Below are positions 9,233 through 19,501 of a DNA stretch of 64,000 nt, one piece after another (positions within the stretch are counted from its first letter, which is position 1; every line of letters starts with the position of its first letter). This stretch comes from an uncultured Gammaproteobacteria bacterium (GTDB lineage Bacteria; Patescibacteriota; Microgenomatia; Levybacterales; UBA12049). A model generated the notes under the pieces. That model ran no database searches, was not told the DNA's origin, and saw nothing but the letters and a program-made list of their open reading frames with translations. The stretch lies in the NCBI GenBank assembly GCA_964474445.1, contig CAYYSJ010000003.1, forward strand, positions 81,597 to 145,596, read 5' to 3'. Both the position numbers and the translations under genes were made by a program.

Positions 9233-9898
9233 ATGCCTTATCAGAAGATGGATATGAAAGTGGAGAAAAAACTAATTGAAAAAGCAAAAAGAGATAAGGC
9301 TGCATTTGGCGTTCTCTATAAGCATTACTTCACGCATATATTCAATTATGCGTTGCGACGTTTAGGAGACGTGGGGGCTGCACAAGAAGTAACATCTGAT
9401 ACCTTTTTTGAAGCAATGAATGATGTCAAAAAATTTGAGTGGCGAGGTGTTTCCTTTTCTTCATGGTTATATAAGATTGCGACCAATAACATCAATAGTT
9501 ATTTTAGAAAAAAGAACTATAAATTGATTTCGCTTGATTTTTTGTTTGCAAAGCATGATTTTGAAGTACCGGATGGGACAGATATTGAACAAGAGGCAAT
9601 AGCTGCCCAAGAGGAGCTAGAACGACATGAGGATTTTCTCTCTGTACAAAGAAACCTTTTAGAACTGTCCCTGAAGTATCAAGAAGTACTAGCACTTCGG
9701 TATTTTGAAAAAAAGAAACTGCAAGAAATAAGTGATATTTTGGGGAAAAAGGAAAGTACTGTAAAGTCGTTACTTTCCAGAGGAATTGAAAAATTGCAAA
9801 AGAAATGGAAAGAAGAGAAAGGAGGTGAAGCAAGAGCTACAAAGATGCAACCTTTTTTTATAAAGAGCGCTTTACCAGTAGACGAGGAAGATTTATGA
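9233..9898 (+). CDS. ECF RNA polymerase sigma factor
   Basis: AFGVLY...AQEVTSDTF...FSSWLYKIATN (region 2); LRYF...EISDILG..STVKSLLSRG (region 4). Confidence 0.92.
   Translation: MPYQKMDMKVEKKLIEKAKRDKAAFGVLYKHYFTHIFNYALRRLGDVGAAQEVTSDTFFEAMNDVKKFEWRGVSFSSWLYKIATNNINSYFRKKNYKLISLDFLFAKHDFEVPDGTDIEQEAIAAQEELERHEDFLSVQRNLLELSLKYQEVLALRYFEKKKLQEISDILGKKESTVKSLLSRGIEKLQKKWKEEKGGEARATKMQPFFIKSALPVDEEDL
9846..9871 (+). promoter_or_regulatory. Second putative ECF promoter TGCAAC-N16-CGCT, upstream of the anti-sigma gene
   Basis: Identical -35/-10 elements and 16-nt spacer as 9198-9223. Confidence 0.55.
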
Positions 9899-10782
9899 AA
9901 CACACACTAGAGAAACATTTGGAACATATGCAAATTCCAACACTAACTGTGAAGAAATTTGCATCACAGTTGGAACAAGAACTAATGAGTGCATCTTTGT
10001 GGAATAAGAAATCAAATTTTTGTGATTTCTTATGGAAAGGAGGTGAAAACATAATGATACAACATAAAATAATAACATCAGGAATTGCTTTCGGTGTGAT
10101 GGCTATTGTTATTGCTGGAGGTATTTTCCTTCTGCCTAACAATACAAAAACTGCATATGCAGAACAAATAGCTCAACAGAGCTATCACGCGCTATCACAT
10201 CTTTCTCCTGATAAGCTACAAGATCTCAAGCAAAGATTACCTGTGGATCCAAATGACTTGTTAAGTGAAGCAAAGAATGCAAAGGATTTACAAACGATAA
10301 CCTATGACCAGTTTGTAAAATATACTCCACAAATCAAGATGAGGGTTGGAATGGTGAGTGGCAAAGGAGAAGGGGATCAACTTCCACCATTGGGTACACC
10401 GGAAACAATGGATATGCATAATTATAAGTTCTTGCAGTTCACTGATCCGAATGGGTATAAAGTCATCTTAGGAATTGATGAGAATAACTTGCCAGTGTTT
10501 GCTTTTGGAAGGGGGAAAGATGGTCGTGCATTTGGCATGGTTCATAAGGTAGGTGGCAAAGGACCAGAGACTGGATCTGTTCGAATCGAAGGAAGAGACG
10601 GACCACCAGATATGAAGAGTATACAATCTGTCATGAGTAATGACGGTGGAAATACTCTTTTTATCAATGGGAAGCAATACGCTGTTCCTGCAGGAGTCAC
10701 TTTGTCAGATGAACCACCTTCTATAAAAATAGAGGGGAATGATGTCTATATAAATGGCGTAAAAGCAACTCCTAAACAATAG
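9895..10782 (+). CDS. Putative membrane-anchored anti-sigma factor
   Basis: ATGA overlap with the ECF sigma gene; short N-terminal segment, one TM, extracytoplasmic domain. Confidence 0.6.
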   Translation: MKHTLEKHLEHMQIPTLTVKKFASQLEQELMSASLWNKKSNFCDFLWKGGENIMIQHKIITSGIAFGVMAIVIAGGIFLLPNNTKTAYAEQIAQQSYHALSHLSPDKLQDLKQRLPVDPNDLLSEAKNAKDLQTITYDQFVKYTPQIKMRVGMVSGKGEGDQLPPLGTPETMDMHNYKFLQFTDPNGYKVILGIDENNLPVFAFGRGKDGRAFGMVHKVGGKGPETGSVRIEGRDGPPDMKSIQSVMSNDGGNTLFINGKQYAVPAGVTLSDEPPSIKIEGNDVYINGVKATPKQ

Positions 10783-10847
10783 GAAGGATATCTTGTGATT
10801 TGATGCTCGTTAGCGGCTGTTGAAACTAACAATAAACAAAACCACAG

Positions 10848-10881
10848 GCCAATAAGCAGCTTTCAAGCAGCTGCTTTTGGC
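10848..10881 (+). terminator. Hairpin between convergent genes (likely terminator)
   Basis: GCCAATAAGCAGC...GCTGCTTTTGGC inverted repeat. Confidence 0.5.
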
Positions 10882-10975
10882 GTAGAAAATAGTACTTGAA
10901 GTGATCGTAGTATAGAATGAAATCTTAGGAAATATGGGGGAAGGTGAAGAGAAAAGCTTCAACAAGGCGAAAATA

Positions 10976-11527
10976 TTATTGGATTGTCACTTGTGCTGTT
11001 CCTCCGTTTACAGGACGATAATATGAAAAGCCATCTTGAGTCCAGGTTATCCATACAGATTTTGTCCCAGCTGCATGAAATCTCCCTGTATTATTGATAT
11101 TAAAGATTTCGCCTGGTGCCAAATTCTTTCCTGAAGCACACCCAAAATTGCTCTCAGAGCTATTAAAGCAAATAGCTTGAATAAATTTCTTGTATGGAGC
11201 CTGGTTTTTGATAGTCACTGTATAGTTAATATCATCACCAACCTGAGCTACTTGTTGACTTGCAGTAATTTGTTGAATTTCAATAATATCATTTTGAGGA
11301 CCACCGCCAGCAGAAGGCAGAGTATTTGAATTTGTATTTGCGCTTGTTGCTGTTGGGGTATACGTGACGACAATTGCGGGAGCATTTACTTGAGGGGTAG
11401 TAGGTTGTGGAGTTGTTTTTGGCGTTACTGTGGTAGTTTGTTGTTGCAGTAACATTTGTTCTCTTCCAAAGAAGTAACTACCAACAAGAAGAACCATTAC
11501 ACCCAAAAATAACAATAGCCATCTCAT
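10976..11527 (-). CDS. Secreted/anchored protein with T/P-rich linker and Ig-like (DUF11-like) domain
   Basis: N-terminal hydrophobic segment; AQVGDDINYTVTIKN...NLAPGE. Confidence 0.65.
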   Translation of the reverse strand: MRWLLLFLGVMVLLVGSYFFGREQMLLQQQTTTVTPKTTPQPTTPQVNAPAIVVTYTPTATSANTNSNTLPSAGGGPQNDIIEIQQITASQQVAQVGDDINYTVTIKNQAPYKKFIQAICFNSSESNFGCASGKNLAPGEIFNINNTGRFHAAGTKSVWITWTQDGFSYYRPVNGGTAQVTIQ

Positions 11528-11645
11528 ATCTATAGTTTTTATGAAAAATTTGTTCCTGTCAATAGCTATTTACACTGCCAAAAAGTATATTCAATTTCAA
11601 AACAAGCAGGAACGAGGTCAAGCAGAGCTTGTATGAGAAAAGATA

Positions 11646-11672
11646 CCATGGGCTTTAGCCCATGGAGTGTCA
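11646..11672 (+). mobile_element. Isolated IS200/IS605-family end-like hairpin
   Basis: CCATGGGCT TT AGCCCATGG followed by AGTGTCAC; no transposase nearby. Confidence 0.45.
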
Positions 11673-11788
11673 CTTAATTATTTTACTTTCCATTCTTCCA
11701 TTTGCAACGTGTGATATGTTGTTTTAGCAATTACTATACTTATTGTAACTACTTTACAAAATAAATGAATGCTTGTACTCTACATAAG

Positions 11789-12406
11789 ATGAATAACTGG
11801 AAAACCATTCCAACAGACGAAGTAATTCAGAGAACCGCAGAGGCTCTTACTAAAAACGGTTATACAGCAGTTGTTGTGGATTCTGCACAAAATGCAAAAC
11901 AAAAAGTACTCCAAATGATTCCTGAAGGAGCAGAAGTTTTTACAATGACTTCTGTAACACTAGATGCAATATCCCTCTCAAAAGAAATTAATGAATCAGG
12001 TAAATATAACGCGGTGAGGCCTAAGCTTATGGCAATGGATAGAAATACACAAGCAAGCGAGATGCAAAAACTCGGTACAGCACCCGATTATGCAATTGGG
12101 AGTGTCCATGCGGTTACGGAAGAAGGAAACTTGCTTGTTGCTTCTCAAACTGGAAGTCAATTGCCGGCGTATGCATATGGAGCAAATCATGTTATTTGGG
12201 TAATTGGAGCACAAAAGATTGTTGAGAACACACAAGAAGGGATGAAAAGAATTTATGACTACGTACTTCCATTGGAATCTGAAAGAGCGAATAAAGCATA
12301 CAATATAGCAAGTGGAAGTTTTGTAAGCAAACTTCTTATTCTGAATAGAGAAATAAATCCAACTAGAGCGCATGTCATTCTTGTGAAAGAACATCTTGGG
12401 TTTTAA
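11789..12406 (+). CDS. LUD-domain (LutC/YkgG-like) protein
   Basis: SVTL, DYAIGSVHAVTEEG, TGSQL, VIWVIGAQKIV, ILVKEHLGF. Confidence 0.85.
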   Translation: MNNWKTIPTDEVIQRTAEALTKNGYTAVVVDSAQNAKQKVLQMIPEGAEVFTMTSVTLDAISLSKEINESGKYNAVRPKLMAMDRNTQASEMQKLGTAPDYAIGSVHAVTEEGNLLVASQTGSQLPAYAYGANHVIWVIGAQKIVENTQEGMKRIYDYVLPLESERANKAYNIASGSFVSKLLILNREINPTRAHVILVKEHLGF

Positions 12407-12764
12407 CAGAGAACCCTTTGTTACTTCTAAACCAGCATTTCGTGACAACGTAATGGTAGAATTAGCTTCATGAATGTCTCTGTAGGGATATCCAATCCAA
12501 AATTCCACTTTTAGAATTCAGATTTCGCTTCATTTTGCCTCCACCAAACAAAGAAAGAATAATTATACGGAGATAAGTAGGGGAGGATAGTTAGTTCAAC
12601 TGTATTTTTCTATTCAGAATTCTTTGATTCTCCCTATGAATACTTGCTAATCACTACTCTAACTCTATCTCTTTGGCCATCTGCTCAATATTCTTTATAG
12701 TAAATAATACTGAATTTGCCAGTTAAGCATTGACGCTAGTGAGGTAGATTGACATACTGTAAGA

Positions 12765-15506
12765 ATGGGGCAAAGCAATAGTTTGGAGGCAACAAAACCA
12801 TATAATGGAGAAGAAGTAAGTATTCTAAACAGTAGTTCACCAAAACATAAACCGTTAAAATTTTTACTTTTTCCCTGCATAAGTATTGCTCTTTTACTCA
12901 TTGCTATTGTCGGATTTAAATTTCTGATTTTTAGAATTGACTCTAGCTGGACTCGTGAAAAAGCAGAATATCTTGCAAGACGTGCTCTTCTTAATCCTTC
13001 AATAGAAGATGTTAATAAATTAACAAATGCTGGTTCAGCCTCTAATGCAGTAAATACACTTTTTGCTGAACCGTCTAGCGCCGTAATAGAAACATATACA
13101 AAGGGCCTTAACGAGCTTTCGCAAACACAAAATACTTATCAAGATGATAACGCATATCATAATGTACTCTATACATATAAATTGATTAATGATCCCTATC
13201 GTACACGCAGAAAACTTTTTTACCTTTGGGGAAACATCTTTTCAGTTGATCCATCCGATCCAGACGAACAAATCTCTTTAAATGATATTGATACTCTCCA
13301 TAATATTATCTACGCAGATACATTTGGAAATTATAAAGATATGCTTGGAAAAGTTAACACAAACTATGCATTAACAAAATTTCTCAATTTACCTGATTCA
13401 AAAGGGGACAATCCAAACGAAAACTTTGCTAGAGAACTTATGCAACTTTTTAGCATGGGAGAATATTCACCAATTCAAACAAACGTAAGAAATTATTCTG
13501 AGGAAGATGTGAACGCCCTTGCGTATATTCTTTCTGGGTATAATGTCACTAAAGATAAGCAACTTTACTTGGTACAAAACGATCATTATCAAGAAAAAAA
13601 AATGTTTCTTGGCGAAGAATTTAATGATCCCAGCACTATAATTCCTTATCTTTTTAATAAGCGAAGTGCTCAAATTGCTCAGTTCTTGGCTAATAAATTG
13701 TTGAGGTATTATGTGTCTGATAATCCATCTACGTTGGATATTGAAGAGGTCAGTAAGATCATTTTGCAAAACAAATTTGAAATACTTCCTTCGGTAAAAT
13801 GGCTACTATCTTCTCATATCATGTATCAGAAAAAATACATGCAAGAGACAAGAGTGAAAACCCCTCTCGAAGTTATTGCTTCTACCTATACTGCTCTTTA
13901 TGGAAATGATGCTGGGTTGATTACACCGCAACCGTATGAGCTAGATATGCTCAATTTTATTCCGTATTATCCCAAAACTGTATTTGGTAGAAATGGTTTT
14001 GTTCATAACGAAAATTTTCTTAGCGGAACTATCCTAAACCGTTGGTTAGGTTCTCTTACACAGTTTACGTTTCGAGACGATAAGAATCTGATAGAAAAGC
14101 GTAAAAAAAGATTGTTACAAGATATTACTCACTCAAAATCTCCTACGCCAGATTTACTGGTTGATCAATTTGAAAAGTATTTTTTACTAGGGAGAAGACT
14201 TCCTGAGTCTGTTCGTATTCAACTGAAACATTTTCTTACAACTGATGCAAATGAGCAAACCATAGATTTTTCTATAAATGATCCTGATTATCAATCAAGT
14301 AAAATATTTGGACTTGCTTCTTTGATGCTTTCCCAGCCTGAGTTTCTTTTTCAAAGCGGTTATGCGTCGATAAATTCTAATAACCAATCACAAATAAGTC
14401 TACAAAAAACAGATAAGAATTTTCCCAAATTAATTCTTGTTAAATTAGATGGGGGTGTAGATTACCAACAGATAGTTGCAAACATTGCTGATCCAAAATA
14501 TAAAGAATTTCGTCAAGATCTTGCGTTGACAGAAAACACGAGTACTCCACTTATTAATGGGTATGTCTTAAATAATTTAGCTTCATCTTTGTTACCAACG
14601 ATAGCAACCCATGAAGCCTTTTTCATTAATTCTGTTGGAGTACCTGGACATGATAGAGCACATGATATTGCAACAGAACAAATGGAAACTGGGCTTGGAA
14701 AAGATTTAGGTATCATCTCAAGGCATTTTGGCAATGACATTGCAGATATTGATCTTGTTTCATTAACAAATGATCCTCCCATTATGTATAGAGGAAATCC
14801 AAGCCTACAAATAGGATCTTCAGACTTACGACTATACACGAGACCTACAACTGGCGATCCAGATGGATTTGATAGATATAAAACGCTTAAAGCAAGATTT
14901 TCAGACTCAGCTAGTTCTACATTAGTAGCTAAGTTATATTCACAAGCATTCTTCCTTGATACAATATCAAATGATGTTTTAACAACTCATTCAGCTACAA
15001 CTTCCGGTGATTTTAATAACAAACAACAATTTGCCTACATTTCTCGATTGATGGATGGACAAATTGGTAAAGTATATTATCTTTATGCAGATGGGGGGTA
15101 TGACACACATAGCGATGAGAAGAGGGTACTCAAAGAGGAATTCCCGGATTTTATAGCTACTGTTACAAATTTTTACAATGAGAATAAAACAAAATATCCA
15201 TTGACGATTGTTCTTTATTCAGAATTTGGTCGAACAAATAAGGTGAATGCAAGCGGAGGAACAGATCATGGAACAGCAGGTGGGATAATAATTCTTAGTA
15301 ACATACTAAAATGGCCACTTATGACTGGACTGCTTTCTCCAAGCCAAGATACGGAAGATTGGTTAACTGTTCAAGTTGACGCGAGGGATGTATGGGCAAC
15401 TCTCTTTCATGATTTATATCATAGTTCAATAAAACAGCTTTTTGGGAGAGATAACACGATTTATGATTATCCCCAGCCAGTATATATGCGAGATAAACAT
15501 CTTTAA
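12765..15506 (+). CDS. DUF1800-DUF1501 fusion protein with N-terminal TM
   Basis: DUF1800: PNENFARELMQLFSMG, YSEEDV, VKTPLE. DUF1501: LDGGVD, RAHD, GGYDTH, YSEFGRT, GTDHG. Confidence 0.8.
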   Translation: MGQSNSLEATKPYNGEEVSILNSSSPKHKPLKFLLFPCISIALLLIAIVGFKFLIFRIDSSWTREKAEYLARRALLNPSIEDVNKLTNAGSASNAVNTLFAEPSSAVIETYTKGLNELSQTQNTYQDDNAYHNVLYTYKLINDPYRTRRKLFYLWGNIFSVDPSDPDEQISLNDIDTLHNIIYADTFGNYKDMLGKVNTNYALTKFLNLPDSKGDNPNENFARELMQLFSMGEYSPIQTNVRNYSEEDVNALAYILSGYNVTKDKQLYLVQNDHYQEKKMFLGEEFNDPSTIIPYLFNKRSAQIAQFLANKLLRYYVSDNPSTLDIEEVSKIILQNKFEILPSVKWLLSSHIMYQKKYMQETRVKTPLEVIASTYTALYGNDAGLITPQPYELDMLNFIPYYPKTVFGRNGFVHNENFLSGTILNRWLGSLTQFTFRDDKNLIEKRKKRLLQDITHSKSPTPDLLVDQFEKYFLLGRRLPESVRIQLKHFLTTDANEQTIDFSINDPDYQSSKIFGLASLMLSQPEFLFQSGYASINSNNQSQISLQKTDKNFPKLILVKLDGGVDYQQIVANIADPKYKEFRQDLALTENTSTPLINGYVLNNLASSLLPTIATHEAFFINSVGVPGHDRAHDIATEQMETGLGKDLGIISRHFGNDIADIDLVSLTNDPPIMYRGNPSLQIGSSDLRLYTRPTTGDPDGFDRYKTLKARFSDSASSTLVAKLYSQAFFLDTISNDVLTTHSATTSGDFNNKQQFAYISRLMDGQIGKVYYLYADGGYDTHSDEKRVLKEEFPDFIATVTNFYNENKTKYPLTIVLYSEFGRTNKVNASGGTDHGTAGGIIILSNILKWPLMTGLLSPSQDTEDWLTVQVDARDVWATLFHDLYHSSIKQLFGRDNTIYDYPQPVYMRDKHL

Positions 15507-15763
15507 CTTCGCTATAATGCTCAGTCTGTCAAACCTTTCAGTCGAAACTCACAGAACACAAACCAATAATTTGTTCCATTTAGCTTCAAGCTACACTTAC
15601 CACATCTGAGAAAAGCAAGAATAATTACAGAAAGAGATCAGTGGGGAAGGATAATACATTCAAAACCACCAGAATACTCACTTCCTGAGATTTATAGAAA
15701 TAGCAAGGGTTTGCATAGCAAAAATTGACTAATTTTCCTGAAGTCAATATGATATAGTTATTC

Positions 15764-17743
15764 ATGGTAGAAAATAATGGTCAAGCAATTCCACAAGGTA
15801 GTGAATCGATGTCACAGCAAACAGACAATAAGTCTGCGCTGTCTCATTTACCACCCCCGAAGCTCGTTGGAGGATACCCTCGCACTTTGGGAGATCTAGC
15901 TGCAGGAGCTGAAAATACTACACCTCATGAAGTTAAAACGAATTCTTTCCCAGAGCTTATTGCAAATGCGCCACTTGAGCATACATCTCTTGTATATTCT
16001 GTTCCATTCAAGGGAGAATGGTATAACGGAAATTTACAAAGACTACTATTGACTATGCTTTCTCAAAAACAAGCAGCTGACGAAGCATTTGAAGTAGAAC
16101 TTATTGCAAACATTGGGGGGGAAAGTCTGAAAGGAGGATCAGAAGCAGTTGTGAGAGAAGCAGATGAATCTGTAGACTATCTGAAAAAGATTGTCAATGT
16201 GCAGCGGCTAGCAAGGATTTTATTAGCACAACCAGGCAATCAGACAGTGAGACAAGAAATGGATCAGCTTATTACCAGCGTTGCAGATCCACTATTGCAA
16301 CAAGTTGCAAAGTTAGCTATTGAGAAGGCTAATAACATTAGCATTGCACTCATTGACGGCACGCACACAGATTTTTATGCCGATAATCAATACGATTATA
16401 GGCTAGGGTATAACAGCCTTAGCACAATGGCGTCTCGCCGAACATTTGGAACGGATGTAGCGTATGCTCGATTTGCTTCTCATCCCGAGACTGTAATTTC
16501 TATGTGGGATGCAGACACAGTATTAGAAGATACAACTTCTGTTAGTCGCATGCAAAGAATTTTTAGAACCCATCCGGATCTCCATTACATATTCTCAAGA
16601 TTATCATACCTTCCAGCAGGCCAGCCTGAAGGACTTGTTGCAGATTCTCCAAGACATAATGCTGACCAAAGCGCTCGATATAATGATGGGTTTGCACACG
16701 GTTCGCCACAGATTGCTTTCCGCCTTGGTGCGTACGAAACGTTAGAAGAAATCATGGAGGGCATAGAGGAGGGATTTCCTGGGGACGAAGATAGGACGCT
16801 TTCCTATAGACTAATTTATCATTATGGGAAAATGCAGGACGGTTTGCTTTTACATGGTGACAGCGATTTTTATCCTGCAACTGTTCTCACCGGAGATAGA
16901 TTGGATGGTCTTGTAGACTCAAGAAGCAGAGCTGATTCATTTGCTCATAAAGGTGTACATCCAATGGCTGAAGGATTGGGAAAAACATTTTCACTTAGAG
17001 AGGAAATGTTTGCTCGAATTGATTCTCTACCTTCGGGAAAAAAAGAAGAGGCGTTAACGGTCTTGCAAGAAGCAAGGCATTATTATGAAAGACAGCAGAG
17101 GATGCAACAACGATTCAATCGATCTATTTTAACAACCTTTCTTCAATCTTTAGACAATGGAGTAATACAACAGGACAATGGAAAGGTCGCAGATGAGCAC
17201 GCACTCCTCTCAACCAGGGCAGGAACACATTTGCTCTTGTATATGCGTACAAATCCGGATTTAGTAAAACAAGTTTTACTAAATCCAAATAACCTTAAAG
17301 CTATCCGTTACTTTTCAAGTAATTCATCATCTTTGCCAGAGGGCGATTTGACGCCTTTTCAACTTGCAATACGAGAATATGTTGGGGAGACAGTCCCATT
17401 TGATGAAGTTGTAAATTCTGGTCAGGCAGAAGTACGGAAAACGCAATGGGAGTATTATCCTGGCAAGTTTATGGATCAATGGGGAGCAGAAGATTTTAGA
17501 GAAAGAGAGTCAAAGGTATCCCTTATGCATAGTGCAATTGCAGAAATTCTTGCCTTAGGATACACATATAATGTACTGTTTGAAACAGATGAATTTCTTG
17601 AATCAAGGAAAGGATGGAGAACTTGGCCTGAAGATCCAAAACAACAAAGAGCAACTCTTGATCGTGGTCCAAATCCTCTTGGTCCAAGAATAGATTATTT
17701 AAAAAGCAAAATGGACGTCAGAGGTTCTGAAATAGGAAATTAA
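15764..17743 (+). CDS. Large protein with divergent GT-A (GT2-like) glycosyltransferase fold
   Basis: LVYSVPFKGE..LQRLL..FEVELIAN, SRRTFG, MWDADT (DxD), FPGDED. Confidence 0.5.
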   Translation: MVENNGQAIPQGSESMSQQTDNKSALSHLPPPKLVGGYPRTLGDLAAGAENTTPHEVKTNSFPELIANAPLEHTSLVYSVPFKGEWYNGNLQRLLLTMLSQKQAADEAFEVELIANIGGESLKGGSEAVVREADESVDYLKKIVNVQRLARILLAQPGNQTVRQEMDQLITSVADPLLQQVAKLAIEKANNISIALIDGTHTDFYADNQYDYRLGYNSLSTMASRRTFGTDVAYARFASHPETVISMWDADTVLEDTTSVSRMQRIFRTHPDLHYIFSRLSYLPAGQPEGLVADSPRHNADQSARYNDGFAHGSPQIAFRLGAYETLEEIMEGIEEGFPGDEDRTLSYRLIYHYGKMQDGLLLHGDSDFYPATVLTGDRLDGLVDSRSRADSFAHKGVHPMAEGLGKTFSLREEMFARIDSLPSGKKEEALTVLQEARHYYERQQRMQQRFNRSILTTFLQSLDNGVIQQDNGKVADEHALLSTRAGTHLLLYMRTNPDLVKQVLLNPNNLKAIRYFSSNSSSLPEGDLTPFQLAIREYVGETVPFDEVVNSGQAEVRKTQWEYYPGKFMDQWGAEDFRERESKVSLMHSAIAEILALGYTYNVLFETDEFLESRKGWRTWPEDPKQQRATLDRGPNPLGPRIDYLKSKMDVRGSEIGN

Positions 17744-17834
17744 CAAAAAAGCTAGCATTCGTGAAATTAGCCTCCTCGTGTTATCGCCTTCTAAACATGG
17801 TATTTTGTACTAACCTTATGGTAAAATTAGCTTC

Positions 17835-18932
17835 ATGAATGTTTCTGTCGGAATTGTCGGTCTTCCAAACGTAGGAAAGTCAACACTATTTAATGCACTT
17901 CTGAAAAAGCAGCAAGCACTTGCTGCAAATTATCCTTTTGCAACAATTGAACCAAATGTTGGAATAGTTGCTGTACCTGATAAGAGGCTTAACCAGTTGG
18001 CAGAAATTACTAAGAATGAGGAGAAAATGTCCGAATTGCCACCATTAAAACCAGCAACAGTTGAATTTGTTGACATTGCAGGACTGGTAAAAGGTGCTTC
18101 AGAAGGAGCAGGACTTGGCAATAAATTTTTATCCCATATTCGAGAAGTAAGTATTATTGCTCATGTTATTAGAGTATTTGAAGACAGCAATATCATTAAA
18201 GAGGGAGCTGTAGATCCAAAATCAGATTTTGAAACGATCAATACAGAACTTATGCTTTCAGATCTTGCAACCCTTCAAAAAGCACTGGAGAATAGAAAAA
18301 TTGATCCAAAGAAAAAAACTGTAGTTGAAAAAGCAGTTGCAGGAATAAATGCAGGAACACCTGTCTATTTACAAAATCTATCAGATGAGGAACAAGAAGA
18401 ATTAAGGGACTTATTTTTACTTTCTAATAAAAGACAACTAGTTGTTTTAAATGTTTCAGAATCGGATTACAATCCAAGTTCGATAGAGCGTATAGTAACA
18501 GAATATTCTCAAATCTTAGGTGTGGCAAAGGAAAATTGTGTTGTTATTTGTGCACAAATTGAATCTGATTTAGCAGGACTTACAGAGGGAGAGCAACAAG
18601 AATACTTGAAAGATTTAGGGTTGGAGACGTCTGGTCTTGAACGACTCATTCAAAAAGCATATGAAACACTTGGGTTAATTTCATTCTTAACAGCAGGGGA
18701 GAAAGAAGTAAGGGCATGGACTATACGAAAAGGGACAAGCGCACAAATGGCTGCAGGGGAGATTCATACAGACTTTATTAAAAAATTCATTAAAGCAGAA
18801 GTTGTTTCATATAATGATTTTGTTAATAATAATGGCTGGAAAGGCGCACGAGAAAAAGGAAAAGCAGGGCTTGAAGGGAAAGAGTACATTATGCAAGATG
18901 GTGATGTGGTGGAGTTTAAGATTGGAGCTTAA
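17835..18932 (+). CDS. ychF: Ribosome-binding ATPase YchF
   Basis: GIVGLPNVGKST, NYPFATIEPN, DIAGLVKGASEG, TGS-domain end YIMQDGDVVEF. Confidence 0.97.
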   Translation: MNVSVGIVGLPNVGKSTLFNALLKKQQALAANYPFATIEPNVGIVAVPDKRLNQLAEITKNEEKMSELPPLKPATVEFVDIAGLVKGASEGAGLGNKFLSHIREVSIIAHVIRVFEDSNIIKEGAVDPKSDFETINTELMLSDLATLQKALENRKIDPKKKTVVEKAVAGINAGTPVYLQNLSDEEQEELRDLFLLSNKRQLVVLNVSESDYNPSSIERIVTEYSQILGVAKENCVVICAQIESDLAGLTEGEQQEYLKDLGLETSGLERLIQKAYETLGLISFLTAGEKEVRAWTIRKGTSAQMAAGEIHTDFIKKFIKAEVVSYNDFVNNNGWKGAREKGKAGLEGKEYIMQDGDVVEFKIGA

Positions 18933-18935
18933 CTT

Positions 18936-19487
18936 CTAGGTAACTTCAATTGGCACAGCTTCTATAGGGACAACTTCTGCGAGTGCTATTTCGGGTGCTT
19001 CTTCTCTAAGTTTTTCTTCTCGCCGCTGGGTCGATTGTTTTCTCCGTCGTGTCATCTCCGAGAGCGCTTCATATAACTTTGCGTAATATTGAGTTGCTTT
19101 AGGCTCATTGGCTGTCATGTTATATGTATAAAGTGTCTTGCGGTTAACGCCAAAAAGATCAAAGATTTCATCAGAAGACTTATACCTTTCAGAAATATAC
19201 CGAATGGTAAGAGCGAGACGGTAGTCATGATTAAGTGGAAAATTGGGGTCAACATTGGCAAAGATTGTCGGATGTCCAAGGACCTTTATAACTCGCCGCA
19301 CACTATGGATATCCTCTCGTGCTATTCGGAAAAAATGAGGATCCCTCTGAAGCCACGTACGAAATGGCACATCTTCTGGGTGTTGGTGGTGATTTTTATA
19401 AGGTAATTCCGTTGAAGATAAAGTCACGTGGCTAACACTAAAGATTTTATGTAAAAAGAAATGCACTGCTTTGTAATACTTTTGCAA
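18936..19487 (-). CDS. Hypothetical protein (start uncertain)
   Basis: 183-aa ORF filling the gap; possible HTH-like segment EIFDLFGVNRKTLY. Confidence 0.45.
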   Translation of the reverse strand: MQKYYKAVHFFLHKIFSVSHVTLSSTELPYKNHHQHPEDVPFRTWLQRDPHFFRIAREDIHSVRRVIKVLGHPTIFANVDPNFPLNHDYRLALTIRYISERYKSSDEIFDLFGVNRKTLYTYNMTANEPKATQYYAKLYEALSEMTRRRKQSTQRREEKLREEAPEIALAEVVPIEAVPIEVT

Positions 19488-19501
19488 GATTAGAAATAAT
19501 T

